DNA of 64,000 nt from Ptychomitrium polyphyllum (taxonomy: Eukaryota), in assembly GCA_973851085.1 (NCBI GenBank), contig OZ316776.1:15686001-15750000 (forward strand). The letters are read 5' to 3'. How positions within the stretch are numbered: position 1 is the stretch's first letter; each line of letters starts with the position of its first letter. Below the pieces are notes generated by a model. That model saw only the letters and a list, made by a program, of their open reading frames with translations. It ran no database searches and was not told where the DNA came from. This document shows positions 1-13,641 of this stretch, piece by piece. The position numbers were made by a program, and so were the translations under genes.

Positions 1-2979
1 CAGCAAATATGTAAAGGACCATCAGAGCTTGGTTATGTGTATTCTCACAGTGTTGTGAGCAGGAGAGCCACCATACTGAAGCGCAAGGACATCCCCCATG
101 TTATGATACATGATCATCAAGGTTTCTGCTACCTTTCCGTTCATATCCACCTCAGGAGTATCAGACAAACCAACTGCATGGAGCTGACGACCCACAGCAG
201 CAAGACCAAAAGCATACTGCGCAACATTGGTGCGATCAAGACAATCAATGCAATTTGTTCTAAGCACCCCACTTTGGAATTTCTGCTCTCTTTTCCTATC
301 ACGAGCCGTTGACTGTGATGTTGCTGAAGGTACAGATTCACTGCATAGCGAAAGACACATTTCAACAAAGAGCGAAAAATCACAATACAAAGATACGAAA
401 TGTTATAGTAGAGATAACAGCCAAAAAATGTAAAAACCAAGGTATGAACAATTTACGTGGAGGCATTTGCAGCACGCTGGTGTTGAGCTGATTTGGACAG
501 TGAAGGTACTCCATTGTAAAATATGTCGGTCAGATCTAGAGTGTCATTGGCTACTTTTCTCAAGACTGCGATCACGTTTGCCGCCTTGCTGCAAACCAAA
601 ATAAGATTTCTTTGACTTAGAAAGATAAAACGCATGTGGGAAGTCATACAATCAATTGTGAACTCGTTAGAAAAACAAAACTATAAATAAATCATGCATT
701 ACCTCTTTGCAAACTTGTGAAAATCCCAATGTATAAAATTAAGCCTCCTCTCACTAGGAAGAATAGAATTAAGGTATCCTACAGCAACGGCAAACTCACG
801 ACGCAGCATCATTTCTCGAGGCCTTTTTTCCACAGTCTGCAGTATAGACCACTGAGCAATATTAAGAAAACACAAACATGGAATCTCAGTCATCCCATTT
901 ACAAGTCCAGAGATAAACATTTCGCATGTACCATATGTGGAAAAAAAATCGAGAAAACCTGAGAAAATAAGACTCCAAACTCCCTGCTATACATGATAAC
1001 CTTGGCAAGTGTTGGGCCTAGGTTTTACCTTGATGAGGTTCAAGATGGTGATGGGATTCCCATATCTGTTTTCCAAACCCTCAAAATGAAGCTTGGTTGC
1101 GTGATACCACGGATCGAACCTTTGTACTGCATTCAGAATAGAAAAAATGAATGCATGAATATGCCTGAACATGATGACTACAAACAGAATAAACCTATCA
1201 GGTGATTCTGAAATTGCAGCATTTAACTTACGATGTATGTCAGGCTTGGCACTAAGTCGAGAAGCCTCTTGTGACCAGAAAAGAGGTATAGATCCTCGTA
1301 CTTGAACAACAGAGCTTATTCGCTCAAATCCAGGTCCAGATCCTGTCTCATCTACAACAATTTGTTCGGTCTCCACATCATTTGCCACTCGCCCTTTATC
1401 ATTCACCCCACGTTTCAAATACCTGTCACCAGGTCTGCAGTCAGCTACTGAACATGCAGTTACATTTCCACAAAAGCACTTCGCATCTCACCAAAAAGAT
1501 TATCTGGTGGTGAGGTCTAACCTTGTGCCAGCGAAATGTCTAGATCTCCTTGAAATAAGAAAGATGCTGTATATGCGTCCAAAGGTGCTGAAATTACACT
1601 GCATACATCATAAATACGTTAGCAACAATTCCACTAGAAATCAAGAAGAAATACTCAAGGAAAACATCTAAGCTAGTGAATGTCAATAGATTGAGCACCT
1701 AATTCCCATTGATTTGAGGGAAAAAGACGTCTTCGAAGAGCGACAAACGCAGGTCGATAGAGTTACATGTGAGGTACAAGCCCATCATCTGCTTGGAAAA
1801 CAGAAATGGATGGTCTTGTTTTACCTGCTCAAAGAAGCCATGCATCAAAGCAACTGTCCACCGAGTGTTCTTGACCTCCTGGCGAATTCCACGTGAGAGA
1901 AAAGCGTTCCATACGAACATATTTTCGTACGGCATACTCGTGTCATCTCGTAAGATCTCGTTTCGCTGCACGCTCTGCATGATGCGGTAAGTGTAGCTGA
2001 AGAAAAAGTCCTTGTTGAGATCCACCCCTTGAAGCAGCTTCTTGTATCTAATTCATTAGACGATTGACGCAATCAGTGCCATGAATAAGCGCTCAAATAT
2101 GCATCACGGAAACCACATTCAAAAGTGGGAAGATATTAACCTTAATTCCTCTTTTGAAAGTGCAACATCTGTCTGCACTGAATGATGTGGGACCGTCATC
2201 AATCGACTTTCATTGACAGTGTAGATAGCATGTCCACAGAGAGTTCCAACTTGCCGGCGCTTCGTCACCAAAAGCATATAGTAGCATTCAAGAAATTTTA
2301 TGAAACCTGAAATGGATAAAATCCACCAAAAAACACATAAAAAACATGAATCTCGCCCTTATAGTACAGGCTCACCCTGATTCTGATCAATGTATATGAA
2401 GCAATCACATGATTCGATTTCAGGTTCGATTTCAAAATCGCTAGGTGCAAGAATATGGACGGGAGGGAAGCAGCAGTTTTGTTCAACCTACCAACAATGC
2501 CATATGCTTTACCTACCAACAATGCCATATGCTTTAGTGACCAAGATCAATCCTCCGGTTGATTTGTTGCCCTCTGCAATCGTTTTCAGCAATACCAAGC
2601 ACTCCGGTTGTGTGTACACCACAGGGTCCTCACAAATGCTAAGGTCCGTAGGCTCGGATCTGTCAATCTTCAGCACTCGCCAGTGTTGCTTGCTTTTGTC
2701 CCTCCCAACTAGGTAATACCTCTGGATGAACACCACACAAACACGAGAATTTTTTATAATTTTTTTAAAAAAGGACACCAAAGCTTTTTGATTCAGATGC
2801 AAGAACTGAGTTTGCATTCCTGTGAAGCATTTACATAGAAACACCGCAGAATTTGATCTAATATAAAAATGTACGAAAGTGTTCCTAATTGCGAAGGAGA
2901 AAAGAACACTCACTGCTCTTGTCTCGTAGACATGAAATTTCTCAAGGATGTACATATCGGGATTGACAGCGTTCTCCAT
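1..2979 (-). CDS. SAC-domain phosphoinositide phosphatase (FIG4/plant SAC1-5-like), multi-exon, 3' end runs off the window
   Basis: Spliced exons give MENAVNPDMYILEKFHVYETRA|RYYLVGRDKSKQHWRVLKIDRSEP, DLNKDFFFSYTY..FVWNAFL, KRGVNDKGRVANDVETEQI, SSVVQVRGSIPLFWSQ and the catalytic QSGVLRTNCIDCLDRTNVAQ (CX5R). GT-AG introns. An alternative in-frame ATG lies at 3012. Confidence 0.93.
2486..2535. repeat. Perfect 25-bp tandem duplication spanning an exon/intron donor of the SAC gene
   Basis: acctaccaacaatgccatatgcttt at 2486-2510 and 2511-2535. Confidence 0.95.
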
Positions 2980-4099
2980 TGAACGATACGGCCAACACAG
3001 CCACGAGGACATCACCCTTGCACACCCTCCCGGTAGTCTTTCACCCACCTCTCCTCATAGCTATCAGTAAGCCAATTTGCTCATTGCAATTCACGAATAT
3101 GCTCCTCTCAACCAGTGTGTACCTCAACACACATACTTCTGCTACCAGTTATTAAGGCCGACTAACTACTGTCAAGCTCAGCTCCCTACGAACACTCCCC
3201 TACAAGCTCTCAGCTCAGCTCTGGAAAAAACCTCCCAAACAAACACTTTCCTCTTATCCATAAACCCGATCAACACAAACTTGGCAGCTAGTCGTACACA
3301 GACATACCCAAACTCCCTGCTTCCTCCGATTCCACTGAGCTAACTTTAGAACAAGTCTATCAGTTCTACCATAAGCCACAAGCAAACTAGAATCGTCACA
3401 AAAAAGGTGTCCTCACAAAACGCGGAACCCCAAGCTCCAACTTTTACAAGAGAAACAGAGTAGACAACACACAACTCCCCCTTCCCCCCAAAGTCTGATA
3501 CTGCAGCACTCCCATCACCTCCTAAACTCCCCCTTTTCACCACCCCCATCCTCTCCCTAAAAAACCGCAGAGCCAAGCTGACTGTTGCCTACCCCATCTC
3601 ACACACCACCACACAGACCACCCCACTCCCTCGTCCTCCCATCTCTCCCTGCCTCAGTCTCCCAGTCGCCAAAACAAGAGGCTTTGCTCTCCCTCACCGA
3701 CAGGCGATGATCAGTGCCCAGTCCCACTCGGCTTGGCAAGTCCGCCGTCCTGTGCGATCATGCACTTGAAGGGCACTGCATCATGACTGCGGAGGCAAGA
3801 AAGCTCCACAAAGCCCCTGGCTTGGGCGACCATACTCAAGCAGCCGCACACAGACAGAGCTTGGACTTGAGTGCATTTGTGTGGATGCTTTGGCTTGACG
3901 GCTAAGCTGTTGGACACGGTGAACATGATGAGGTGGCACGGTGAGCGTGGTGAGGTGGCAGGATGAAAATGATGAGGTGGCATGGTGAACATGATGAGGT
4001 GGCATTCCGCATAAATTCAGCCAGCAGAAGATGTCTGGGCGTAATGACGTAATGCACACTATATGCGCGGCGTTACTATTTACCATATAAGAGGTAGGG

Positions 4100-7000
4100 T
4101 CATTCTATTATTGAATTTGTTCCAGTCAAACAACTTTCTAATAAAAAAATTGATTGAAACCTTTTTTAGAGCACAATAGTACAGCTTTTTTTTTTAAAAA
4201 TAAATTGAATAGTGTTGATTTGTCTAAAGATGGGCTTGCTCTGATTTTACAACAATTATACTTTTTAACAATTAAGTACCTACTTATGTTAATTGTTAGT
4301 TTTTAAAATTCTCGAATTAGCAGTTAAGTGGTTGATTTTAGTAGTGGATTTTCTGGTTGATTTTTAAAATGTATATGAAAAGTGATTAAAGAATGCTTCT
4401 TTTCTTGCAACGATTTTTATTTTAAGTACTTTTATAAATTTAGAAGTATGCTAGTTGCAAGTTCCCTGATTCCAAATTTGTTGTATAAATAAATTGGGCA
4501 CCTACAAGTTTGTTTATTAACCAATTTCAAGTAAAATTTAGTAATGGGAAATTAGATGCAAGCATGACTTAGCAAAAGAATTGTAGAAATTGATCTATGA
4601 AATGTGTACATTTCTTTTTAATCAATTCTTTTTCCTCTCTAGTTTTTTTTTTTTTTTTTTTCCCTTTACAAATTGAATGGTGAATTGTTACAATGTATAA
4701 GCAAATTGCATAAGGTGCTTGCCAATTATGTACATTCAACGACTAAGAAATCACCAATGTTCAATTCTCTGAGTTGAGAGTGAAAGAATATATGGAATTT
4801 TCAAATTCCTTGTCACTAAAGCAATTATGATTTTTTTAAATTATAAATTATAATTGTGTAAAATAAAATACATTATAAGCCTTTTTTTAATTTGTACAAC
4901 TTATGACTTTATTTCAAAGCCTAAATTTATATAATTTAGATAGTACATCAAAAAATATCATTGCAAGAAGTCCAATTTTAGCTTTAAGGTCATTAGAAGT
5001 AAAGTACATCTTAGATGAATATTAAATATTAATCATTTGATTCCACATAAAAGTCTAAATAACATTGGTTCTTGTATTTACCTTTGAAATTTTGCTACCA
5101 TGTTGTTTAACTACAATAAAAATAAAATGGAGCAATTATTTTTGTTTAAGTCAATAAATTTTTTTGAAGCATTTAATGAAAATTCAGTTTTTGAAGATGA
5201 TTCAAAAAAACATACTTTGCTTTATTTTTATTCTTTTTAAATAATTTTAAAATAGTTGAAATTTTAAAACTTAAAGTTACGTTTTATTTGATGTTATCAA
5301 AAGATTATTTAAGAATATCAATTGAATTGAAGGCTTTATAAAGTTGAAGTGTAAATTGCAATGAAAAATTCAAGATTTTTGATATTTTGTATATTAATGA
5401 AAAAACTTTCAATTTATTTAAAAAAATACTTATTCTTAATGAGAAGAAAATAGAGGTGTATTTTTGGATCTTATATGTATGTTGTTTCATTTTATTTCTT
5501 GTTCTTGGTATTCTTTTTTATTATCTTATGTAATATAATTTTATATTCATAATATATCAATGTTGTTTTGATGGTTTTCATATTGTTGTTATTTTGTTAT
5601 TTTTTAAAACAAGACCATTAAATCTTCAAAACACAAAAATTAGTGTTTATTTTAAATATAGCTATTTCTTAATTACATATAACTAATAAAATAATTAGAA
5701 AAAATCATATCGATTTTAGAGCAAAAGATAGTATCAATGTCTTAGAAATTATTAGTAATTATGACAAATTGTTCAATGTTTATTGGAAATAAGTGATATA
5801 ATATAGATATTAAAATTTGAATATTAGAAATGACAAGTAGAATATATAATATAGCATATTTAAAATTATAGCCTTGGAATCTATCTCTCATGATAGCTTT
5901 AGAGAGGTTATAACTTTAAACAAATAAGATATTTTGGTCCTTACATTCAACCTTACTTCATCAAGGATATGACTTTATATGAAATAATCTTAAACAAATT
6001 ATACTATATAAAGAATTAAAGTATTCTAAGTATTTTGAATTTCATAAATAAATGAAAAGGTCTATTATCAATAAAGACTATTAATTGGAATGAAATTTAC
6101 AGATTTTGTAATTGGAATGAAAAGAATCAATATCTTAAGCTTTTATAAGAATAGATTAATTTAATGATATGACAAATCTTTAAAATTATTGTATAATAAA
6201 AAAGGTTTTTTAAGAAAAACAAAAGAGTTAGACTCGTTATTACAAATGATTATTATTGTGAATTTGAAAACATAATAATTGAACAATTAATTTTTTTTTA
6301 ATAACTAATGTTATAAATTCACAACATTTGATTTATTGATTAACTATGGAATTCAATAACCAAATATAATAGGTAAAATATTCCAAATAAGTCATTGGAA
6401 CTGACTAAAATGCCATCTTTTTATGAAATTGTTATATCAAATTTAAGGTAATTTTTATCAATGATATAAGAATTAAAGTTAGCAAAAAACTTTATTCTTT
6501 TGAAATAATTATAGCTATGTTTTAAAATTTAGAATAAAATAAAAGATGTTGTAGCTTTCAAGTTATATGCCATTCCTCCAAACTATGCATGTTTAAATCA
6601 ATTAATACAAATTTAAGTTGATCAAGTTACATACAGTCAAATAAATTCAATATTCTCCTTCAAAGATTAAATAGAAATTATTTTGAGTTGGACTTTTTAT
6701 TAGTTAATTGTTGAAACTTTGACTTAGATTTGTAATTAAGTTTTAGAACTTTACCAAAAGCTTGTCAATGACTTGAAAATTTACAACTATATTTGTAGAA
6801 AGAAAATTAATATGTATCCTTTGGAAAAATATAATTGAAAGAATTATCATATATTTCTATTGGTCATTGTATATTGTGAATTAAACAGACTGTCTTAAAA
6901 TCAACAATATTTGTATTCAAGTTTTCATCCCTAAGTTTCTTTAATTAAATCTTTAGCATCATTTATAACTTTAAAGAAATACATAAAATTCTTTTTGCTA

Positions 7001-7100
7001 CAGATTATAAAGAGCACAATTATTGCAAATTGATTCAAAAAAATTCAAAACAAATTCACTTGCTCCACTAGCTAATAATGCATGTTCCAAAATAAAATTA
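4100..7100. other. Very AT-rich intergenic tract, possibly decayed transposon DNA
   Basis: Abrupt drop in GC, CpG depletion, no long ORFs. No domain recognised. Confidence 0.35.
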
Positions 7101-7954
7101 CATAAAACTACAACTTTCTACAACAATGTTCTTACCTACTTCGGTCATGGAAGTTCTCCGACATGAGTACTACAAAATACATCTTTCACTACCAGAAAGA
7201 TTCATTTCAAGTGAAAAGGTATAAAGTTAGAGCCTCATAAGAATTCATTTAATAAAACTTGCTACTAGCCAGAAGCAACGTAATTCTCGATGCAGAATGA
7301 TATCTTGTAAATGATTTCTCCTGGTGTTAAGATCTCCACAAACACAAAACTTCTCATGAAGGAGTCCAGAAAAAGCTCTACAATACTAGTTCCTGTCCTA
7401 GTCCTTACAATTAAAGGGCTTGGAAAGTCAGTTCTTTCTGTGCAACAGAAGAATCAACCACGAATTTTTCTACTCACAAAGCATACATAAAACTTCAAAA
7501 TGTGGAATATAGCCCATGCGGGTCACATTCGGTGAGACCATCTTTAAACAATATTACAAGTACAATTCTTCCAACTGTCTTAAAACGATATGGCATATGG
7601 CTAGCTTGAGCTTGGTCGTGTCCACTGAGGCATTATCGACTACAGACTCCAGCCATGTCCTGAGGAATCGGTTTTACAACTCACATGAGAAGCTCGCTGC
7701 TTGTTTTGTCAACGTTAGTTAACCCTGTTTGAAAAGGATATCATGCAGAACCTTCAAGAGCCGTCAGAAGCATCTCACAACAACTGAATTATAAAGCATT
7801 TGTTTCCCCAGGAGATTAATGCTTGGTAGCAAATTGAATCCATCTGTAGTCATTACTTCGTAGAGCTCAGCTGCTGGCAAGAAGTTCCGGAGTTCTGGTA
7901 AGTTATCTCAGGCAGAGAATGTAGTCCATTTCCCTCAAATAGGAAGGCGAAAAT

Positions 7955-10196
7955 TTAAAGCAGTCCCAGTGACTTCAATTGTTGCACATGATCTTGAGGA
8001 AGGGGTGGTGGAGACCAATCAGGTCCCAGGACTTCACCATCGAGGTCTTCCACGACATATTCCTGCAATTCCACACTTCACTTGCTCAGATCGATGATTC
8101 AGTTTAGCGTTGGCAAGAACAAACCTACAGCTCTTTGGAAGCTCTGAACAGAAGACTGCTCCACAACTGCGAAGACAACTTATCACGTGCCTTGGTTAAC
8201 ATCCGCTTTGCCAAAATATGGTAATGTCGTTGCCAAATCCTTTGAACAACCATAGTTGCTACTAGAACACTGTAGAAAAGCCCGACCACTGCAAATACTG
8301 CCAAAGCCACAAGTGCCACGATCATGAGCACAGGAGCCGCTTCTCCAGCACCTGCAAGGCAGGTTGTGCATTCTCCAAGCGAGCCCGCACATCCTTCACA
8401 ACACATGGCACAATCCGTCCACATGCAGAGGGTCCCCGGCACACGACAATCTCCGCACACTCTGAAAAGTCAATCATAAAATCGGCTTGTAAATAACATT
8501 CTCAAGAAAGTACATTCCAAAACCACTGCGTGTGTATACAGGTCCTGCATGCATGCTGTAATCCTAGCACCTCTCAAACCACCAAAAAAGCATGAAAGCA
8601 AATGAGAGGGCCATCGATGATACCCTTCACAACAGCAAAGGCAAACTTCTTGACAGGGTTGAGCCAACTCATTCCGTAACCGCCGATCATAGCAAGTCAT
8701 GAAGCATCCTGATAGGCCCAAAAATACAAGGAAAACGATAACACCTGACGACAACCAGCCACCGTCAGTTAGACCCAGTGATTCCAGCAGTCTGCAATGT
8801 TAATAAATAAAGCAACCAGGAGACAACCTATACGAAACAATAAGATGCAGCCGATAAAACTAAATTTTTAAACAATGGAAGCATGCAGTCTAACACTTAA
8901 TACTGAATGAGAGAAAATGCAGCAAGGAACATACCACAAAGGTAGTAGAATGGGTAGTCGTTCACAAATCCCCAAATGTGCTCCAGCTTGTTTCCCATGC
9001 GGTGATCTACTGTGTACACGAGATATCCAAACAAGGAGATAACCTGCAGAAGAAAGAACAACATTAAATTGAAAGAACATAGAGCACAATGAATGACCAT
9101 TAGAAGATAACAAATTGAAATACAAGTGGGTGTAAGGGAGTAAAGTGTATAAAACCTATTATCGCAACTCAATCGGAACGAGCCCAGTAGTTGAAAAATA
9201 CAAAATTAAAGTCCAACAATCGCAATACAAATTTAGAAAACTATTAGTTGCAAAAAGAAAGCGTAAGAACTGAGAGTGTACCAGCTGAACCGCTAAAAAG
9301 ATAGACAATATGTCCCGAGTCACAAAGAAACGAAACTTGAGTGTCCTCCACTTTCTGTCAGCTGGGGTGTGGACTCTGATGTGATATGGAGTCTTGCAAG
9401 TTGTACAATGGCAAAACGCAAATCCTTCCTATGATTTCAAATACAAAATCAAAACATCAAAGATCAAAATATGGATCATCAAATATAAGAATTAAACCCT
9501 AACTACTTCAGTAAAATAAACAGAATCTTTCGCCTTAAACATCATATCATACACGCCAAATCAAAAACGGTGATCGCTTCATTTTCAACCGTTTGAGGGC
9601 ACACGGAAAATCTCCGCACAAGAACATACATATATATGCCCCTAGACTACATTTATAAAGCAACTGCAGGAAAGGCGAGACTATTTGGAAACCAAAAGTA
9701 CCTTGATTGAACGCCAATTGTCAAGGCATTCACGGTGAACATACTTCTGAGACCCTTTGCACTTACACGGTGCAATGAAGTCTCTACCTGGAACTACAAT
9801 CTCGTCAGGATACAAGTCCTCATCACAGATACAAAAACTTGCATATCACTGTTGATCAACCTACAACACCTGGCTAATAATGTTAGCACTCGACAATATG
9901 GATACAATTCTCTAAAAATTATACAGTCACATGTGGCACTACTGCAACACTCGGCTAAACAATCCGAAAGCATAAAAATTCAGATCCTATCAAAATTCTA
10001 GCAAGAGAAAAGGATGTGAATTACCATCCGACTCGAGGCAGATCCGACACTGAGGCTGCTCCCCGGGACCAGCCTCAAGGTCGACATCATCTCTGTCCAT
10101 GATGAGGGGCCGACGCTCCACCACGTCCACATCTACCACCGTTTCCGACCCACTCGGCGCTACCATCGCCGCCGTCTCCACTTTCTCCATAGCCAT
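7955..10196 (-). CDS. RING-CH (MARCH-like) zinc-finger membrane E3 ubiquitin ligase, multi-exon
   Basis: QCRICLESDG|RDFIAPCKCKGSQKYVHRECLDNWRSIK|..FAFCHCTTCKTPY (C4HC3 RING-v), then hydrophobic segments, a Cys-rich region, QRIWQRHYHILAKRMLTK and the end HVQQLKSLGLL* (TAA 7955-7957). Confidence 0.92.
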
Positions 10197-10256
10197 CCTC
10201 CTCAACAATCCAACGCATGGAAAACCCCAGTTGCGCAGCAGGGTCACACCACTAAA

Positions 10257-10325
10257 CCTTCACACTTTCCAATCCACCTTCACACTTTCCAATCCACCTT
10301 CACACTTTCCAATCCACCTTCACAC
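10257..10325. repeat. 20-bp tandem repeat x3 just 5' of the RING-CH start codon
   Basis: cacactttccaatccacctt x3 (10261-10320) plus partial flanks. Confidence 0.95.
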
Positions 10326-11049
10326 CACCACTCAATCAACCCTCCCCTGCCACCCACATCCTCCACCCAAATTAGGGTTTCCAGCTCCCACCACACCTCC
10401 GCACTCAGCTTCAGCATCCACAAAACCCCGATTGCTCAGAAGCGCCCCACGATGCAAAGCTGTCAACCCAACTAAACTCATCCCCCAAACCCCAGAGAAA
10501 ACCACGTGACGCTATCCTGAACCCCCCATCCACCGCCGCTGGCCAAACCCTCCAGAGAAAAACTCACGAGCTGCTCTTGGCTTCCACCCTCTGCGCATGC
10601 ATGCATGCATGCATGACAATCTATGATGTGTGCTCGGGGATGTGTGCTCTACGCAGGGCAACAGACACCAGTGTCGCACGCAGGGTGTGAGATTCCCAGA
10701 ATGGATCAGCCGTGAAGGCTGCGGTGGCGCTGGTTGTCGGAGTTGACTCCATGCCCCTTCCTCCGCTGCGACCACGGTGGCGCCAATGCCCTCCCCGTGT
10801 GAAAGGTGGCTCCTGCAGTCCCCTTTCACACGGGAGCTCCCTCTCACCCCTTTCACACCGCAGGGTTTTCTTTCGTTCTTGCGTCCGCCCCTCTTCCTCT
10901 ACAGCGACTGTGAGGGGTTCATGGACGGAGGCGGTCGAGGGTTATGTAGAATTTTGAAATTGAACCTTTTTTAAGTTAAAGGTCTGTATTCTTAACGTGT
11001 TCTCTAAAACGTGCCTAAATAAAATCAAGAAAAGTCATGATCACTAATT

Positions 11050-13400
11050 TTGAAAAAATTGTGGTAGAACTACAAGTTTAATTCACTTGTTAAAGTATTC
11101 CATCATCACCAACACATACTTACTTCCACATGTAATAATTTCAAGCGGTTTAGTGAAGTTTGGAAACCAACAATAGTTTGTAGCCATTATGGACAAAGAC
11201 CTCACTTGAGGTGGTAAGGTATTAGAACTTGATCCAATATAATTACATGCTTCACATGTTCACATCTATAAACATATGTGACAACTTGTAGATACATACT
11301 TGTCCACCAATATTGGTTTCACAATATAGAATATGTCTTGCACAATTCAAAATAACCTTATTCTTTATACACTTGCAAAACCAAAGATGCTCTCTAATGC
11401 CGCTTTGGAACTATATGCTTAGCTCCATTTAGCCACATATAAAATATTATGCCATCTTTCAATGGAACTTAATCATTTTGGTAGCTAATCTTATCTTGTT
11501 CCATAGCAAAGATAGCTAAAGAAAAATCTCTTATTGAAGTTTGTGTAACATTGTAAGGTAATCTCACACATTCCCAACAACTTGGAATTTTTAGGTTCTT
11601 CATTTGAGCTTACATTAATTGCTTCAAATACAAAGTTTAAAATCCAAATAAGGTATATTGCTACATGCTACTATAAATTTACTTCTATGTTACAATCTCC
11701 ATTGCATCTGGCTTTAATGAAATCCTTGTTTGAAAAGCTTGGATTAAATGTAAATCCATCAACATCCAAATTGGTGATACTAGTTCAATGTACAACCTCA
11801 AAATTATTTTTGGAGCAACATGTCTATTTGAAAAATTTGCAATTGAATTTGTTTAACTCATAAGCTACTTCAAAGGTTAATGATCAATTACCAAAATAAA
11901 CCATTGCCCATATAAATAAAAGTGGAAGTGAACAATTGCCCAACCTGCTATTAAATTTCTTCTCTCATATAATGAATAATTCAATCTCTACATTGTTATT
12001 ACTTCTACAAAGAAATGCAATGATACATTTTTGATCTGATGTTTTTCAAAATAAGATTTGTGGAATTTTGAACTGGAAGGAATTTAATAGATCAATTTAT
12101 AAGTTTTTGGTTAAAATAGAGACTTAAGCTAGAAAGAAGAAGTTATGAATATGGCACAAGAATCTTAATCTATTATATAAAAAAAAGCCTTGTATTTATA
12201 AGACAAGCATATACACATTTTGACAACTTCAAAACATTGGAGTTAAATAGAGCCTTTGCATCAATGTATAAAATGCCTATTGCTACTGACTACCGGACTA
12301 CATCACTTCCATGGTTGGTCCTTCTTCATGAAAAAAATGGAAGTTTTAGCAATGAAGCAAAAAATCTTAACAAGTCAAAAATAATATTTTGTTAATTAAA
12401 AGAAAGCACAAAAATCCTATGTGATTCAAGTATAATAACCAATTATAGAAGTACTTACATTTGTGAAGATACAAGTATAATTTCCATTCTTATAATCACT
12501 ATTTAAAAATGCTTAACATATTCTTGTGGATTCTTATTAAAGATGATGATTTCATCAATGTAGTATCTAGCAAATGATAAGCCAGCTAAAACTAGGTCTT
12601 CCATGTATTGAAAGCCAATTTGTGCATACTTAAAGCTAAAGGAAAGAAACATTCAATGATAGAATTGATCCTTGCTATTTTAATCAATTCATCCAAATAT
12701 TGTCTTTATCCAATTTTCCAAAATACTCCGAACTCAAAAAGATTCCAATACATTAAATAAGTTCTTTAGCATTGGCATTGAATATTGGTCCAATTTGGTC
12801 TTATGATTAATCAAAGAGTAATTTTTATACATTCATTCCTACATTTAATTGCTAAATACATCTTTCTATGAAGACATAATTGTAACACAAGCGTGTTCAC
12901 CATTGGATGGCTTAATCAACTTAAGAGCTAATAACCATGACAATAAGTTTACACACCTCCATATTTAAAGCACTTAATTTTTAAAGCCACTAAAAGATTA
13001 GGTCATTAGTTTCAAATCGAGTTCAAATAGGTTTGTTGTTATAGCTTTCAAGATCTTTAAGGATAAAAATTAAAAAATTATGATATAAGTGAATGAAGGC
13101 CTCTACCTTTTATACATTGGCACCAATTTTGATGTTGCCTTAATTCCAATGGCCATTCATAATATTTTGTAGAATAGTAAAAAGAAAACCATTGTATATT
13201 GGCATGGATCCAAATTGCTATTATAAGGAAGGAGAAACATATGTGTTTCCATCTTCTTTACTTGTAGCCAAATTATAAACTTCATCACTATAATTTGTAT
13301 ATGTATTTGTAGTGTCCATAGAGTATAAAAGATCTTGCCAAAATACTTGTGAAAACATTTCTTCAACATTTTCTTTTTCAAAGTCTTAAGCCAAAATAAC
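11050..13400 (-). mobile_element. Degenerate Ty3/gypsy LTR-retrotransposon pol remnant (RT-RNaseH-integrase)
   Basis: Minus-strand translation with stops: LIKPSNGEHACVTIMSS*KDVF (~12900); KTKLDQYSMPML (~12790); FQYMEDLVLAGLSFARYYIDEIIIF (YIDD-like, 12551-12562); IAKT..MKKDQPW (~12330); integrase GYFELCKTYSIL*NQYWWTSM..RCEH (~11300) and GSKYVLVMMEYFNK*IKLV (~11100). RT upstream of IN is the gypsy order. Boundaries are approximate and LTRs were not identified. Confidence 0.85.
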
Positions 13401-13603
13401 AAAATCTTGCTAACTCAAAGCACTTTTGCTACATACCTTTAAAGCAAAAAAATAACTTAGATTCTTTAATCTTAGTGGATCTCGGTTCCACTAAGCCTGA
13501 CCATTTCTTTTTGATTCCAAAACAAGCAAATGGTGTTGCAGAACAATAAGGCATGTGCCAAAAATCCACACAAGAGTACTGAGATCTGAAAGAAAGCGGT
13601 GTT

Positions 13604-13641
13604 GGCCCTTAGTGAGGCCCTTAGTGAGGCCCTTACTGAGG
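13604..13641. repeat. 12-bp tandem repeat (~3 copies)
   Basis: ggcccttagtga ggcccttagtga ggcccttactga. Confidence 0.85.

Noticed and set aside
3919..4003. Repeated gtgaacatgatgaggtggca motif as a C/D snoRNA
   Set aside because: Short local direct repeats with no convincing paired D box or terminal stem.
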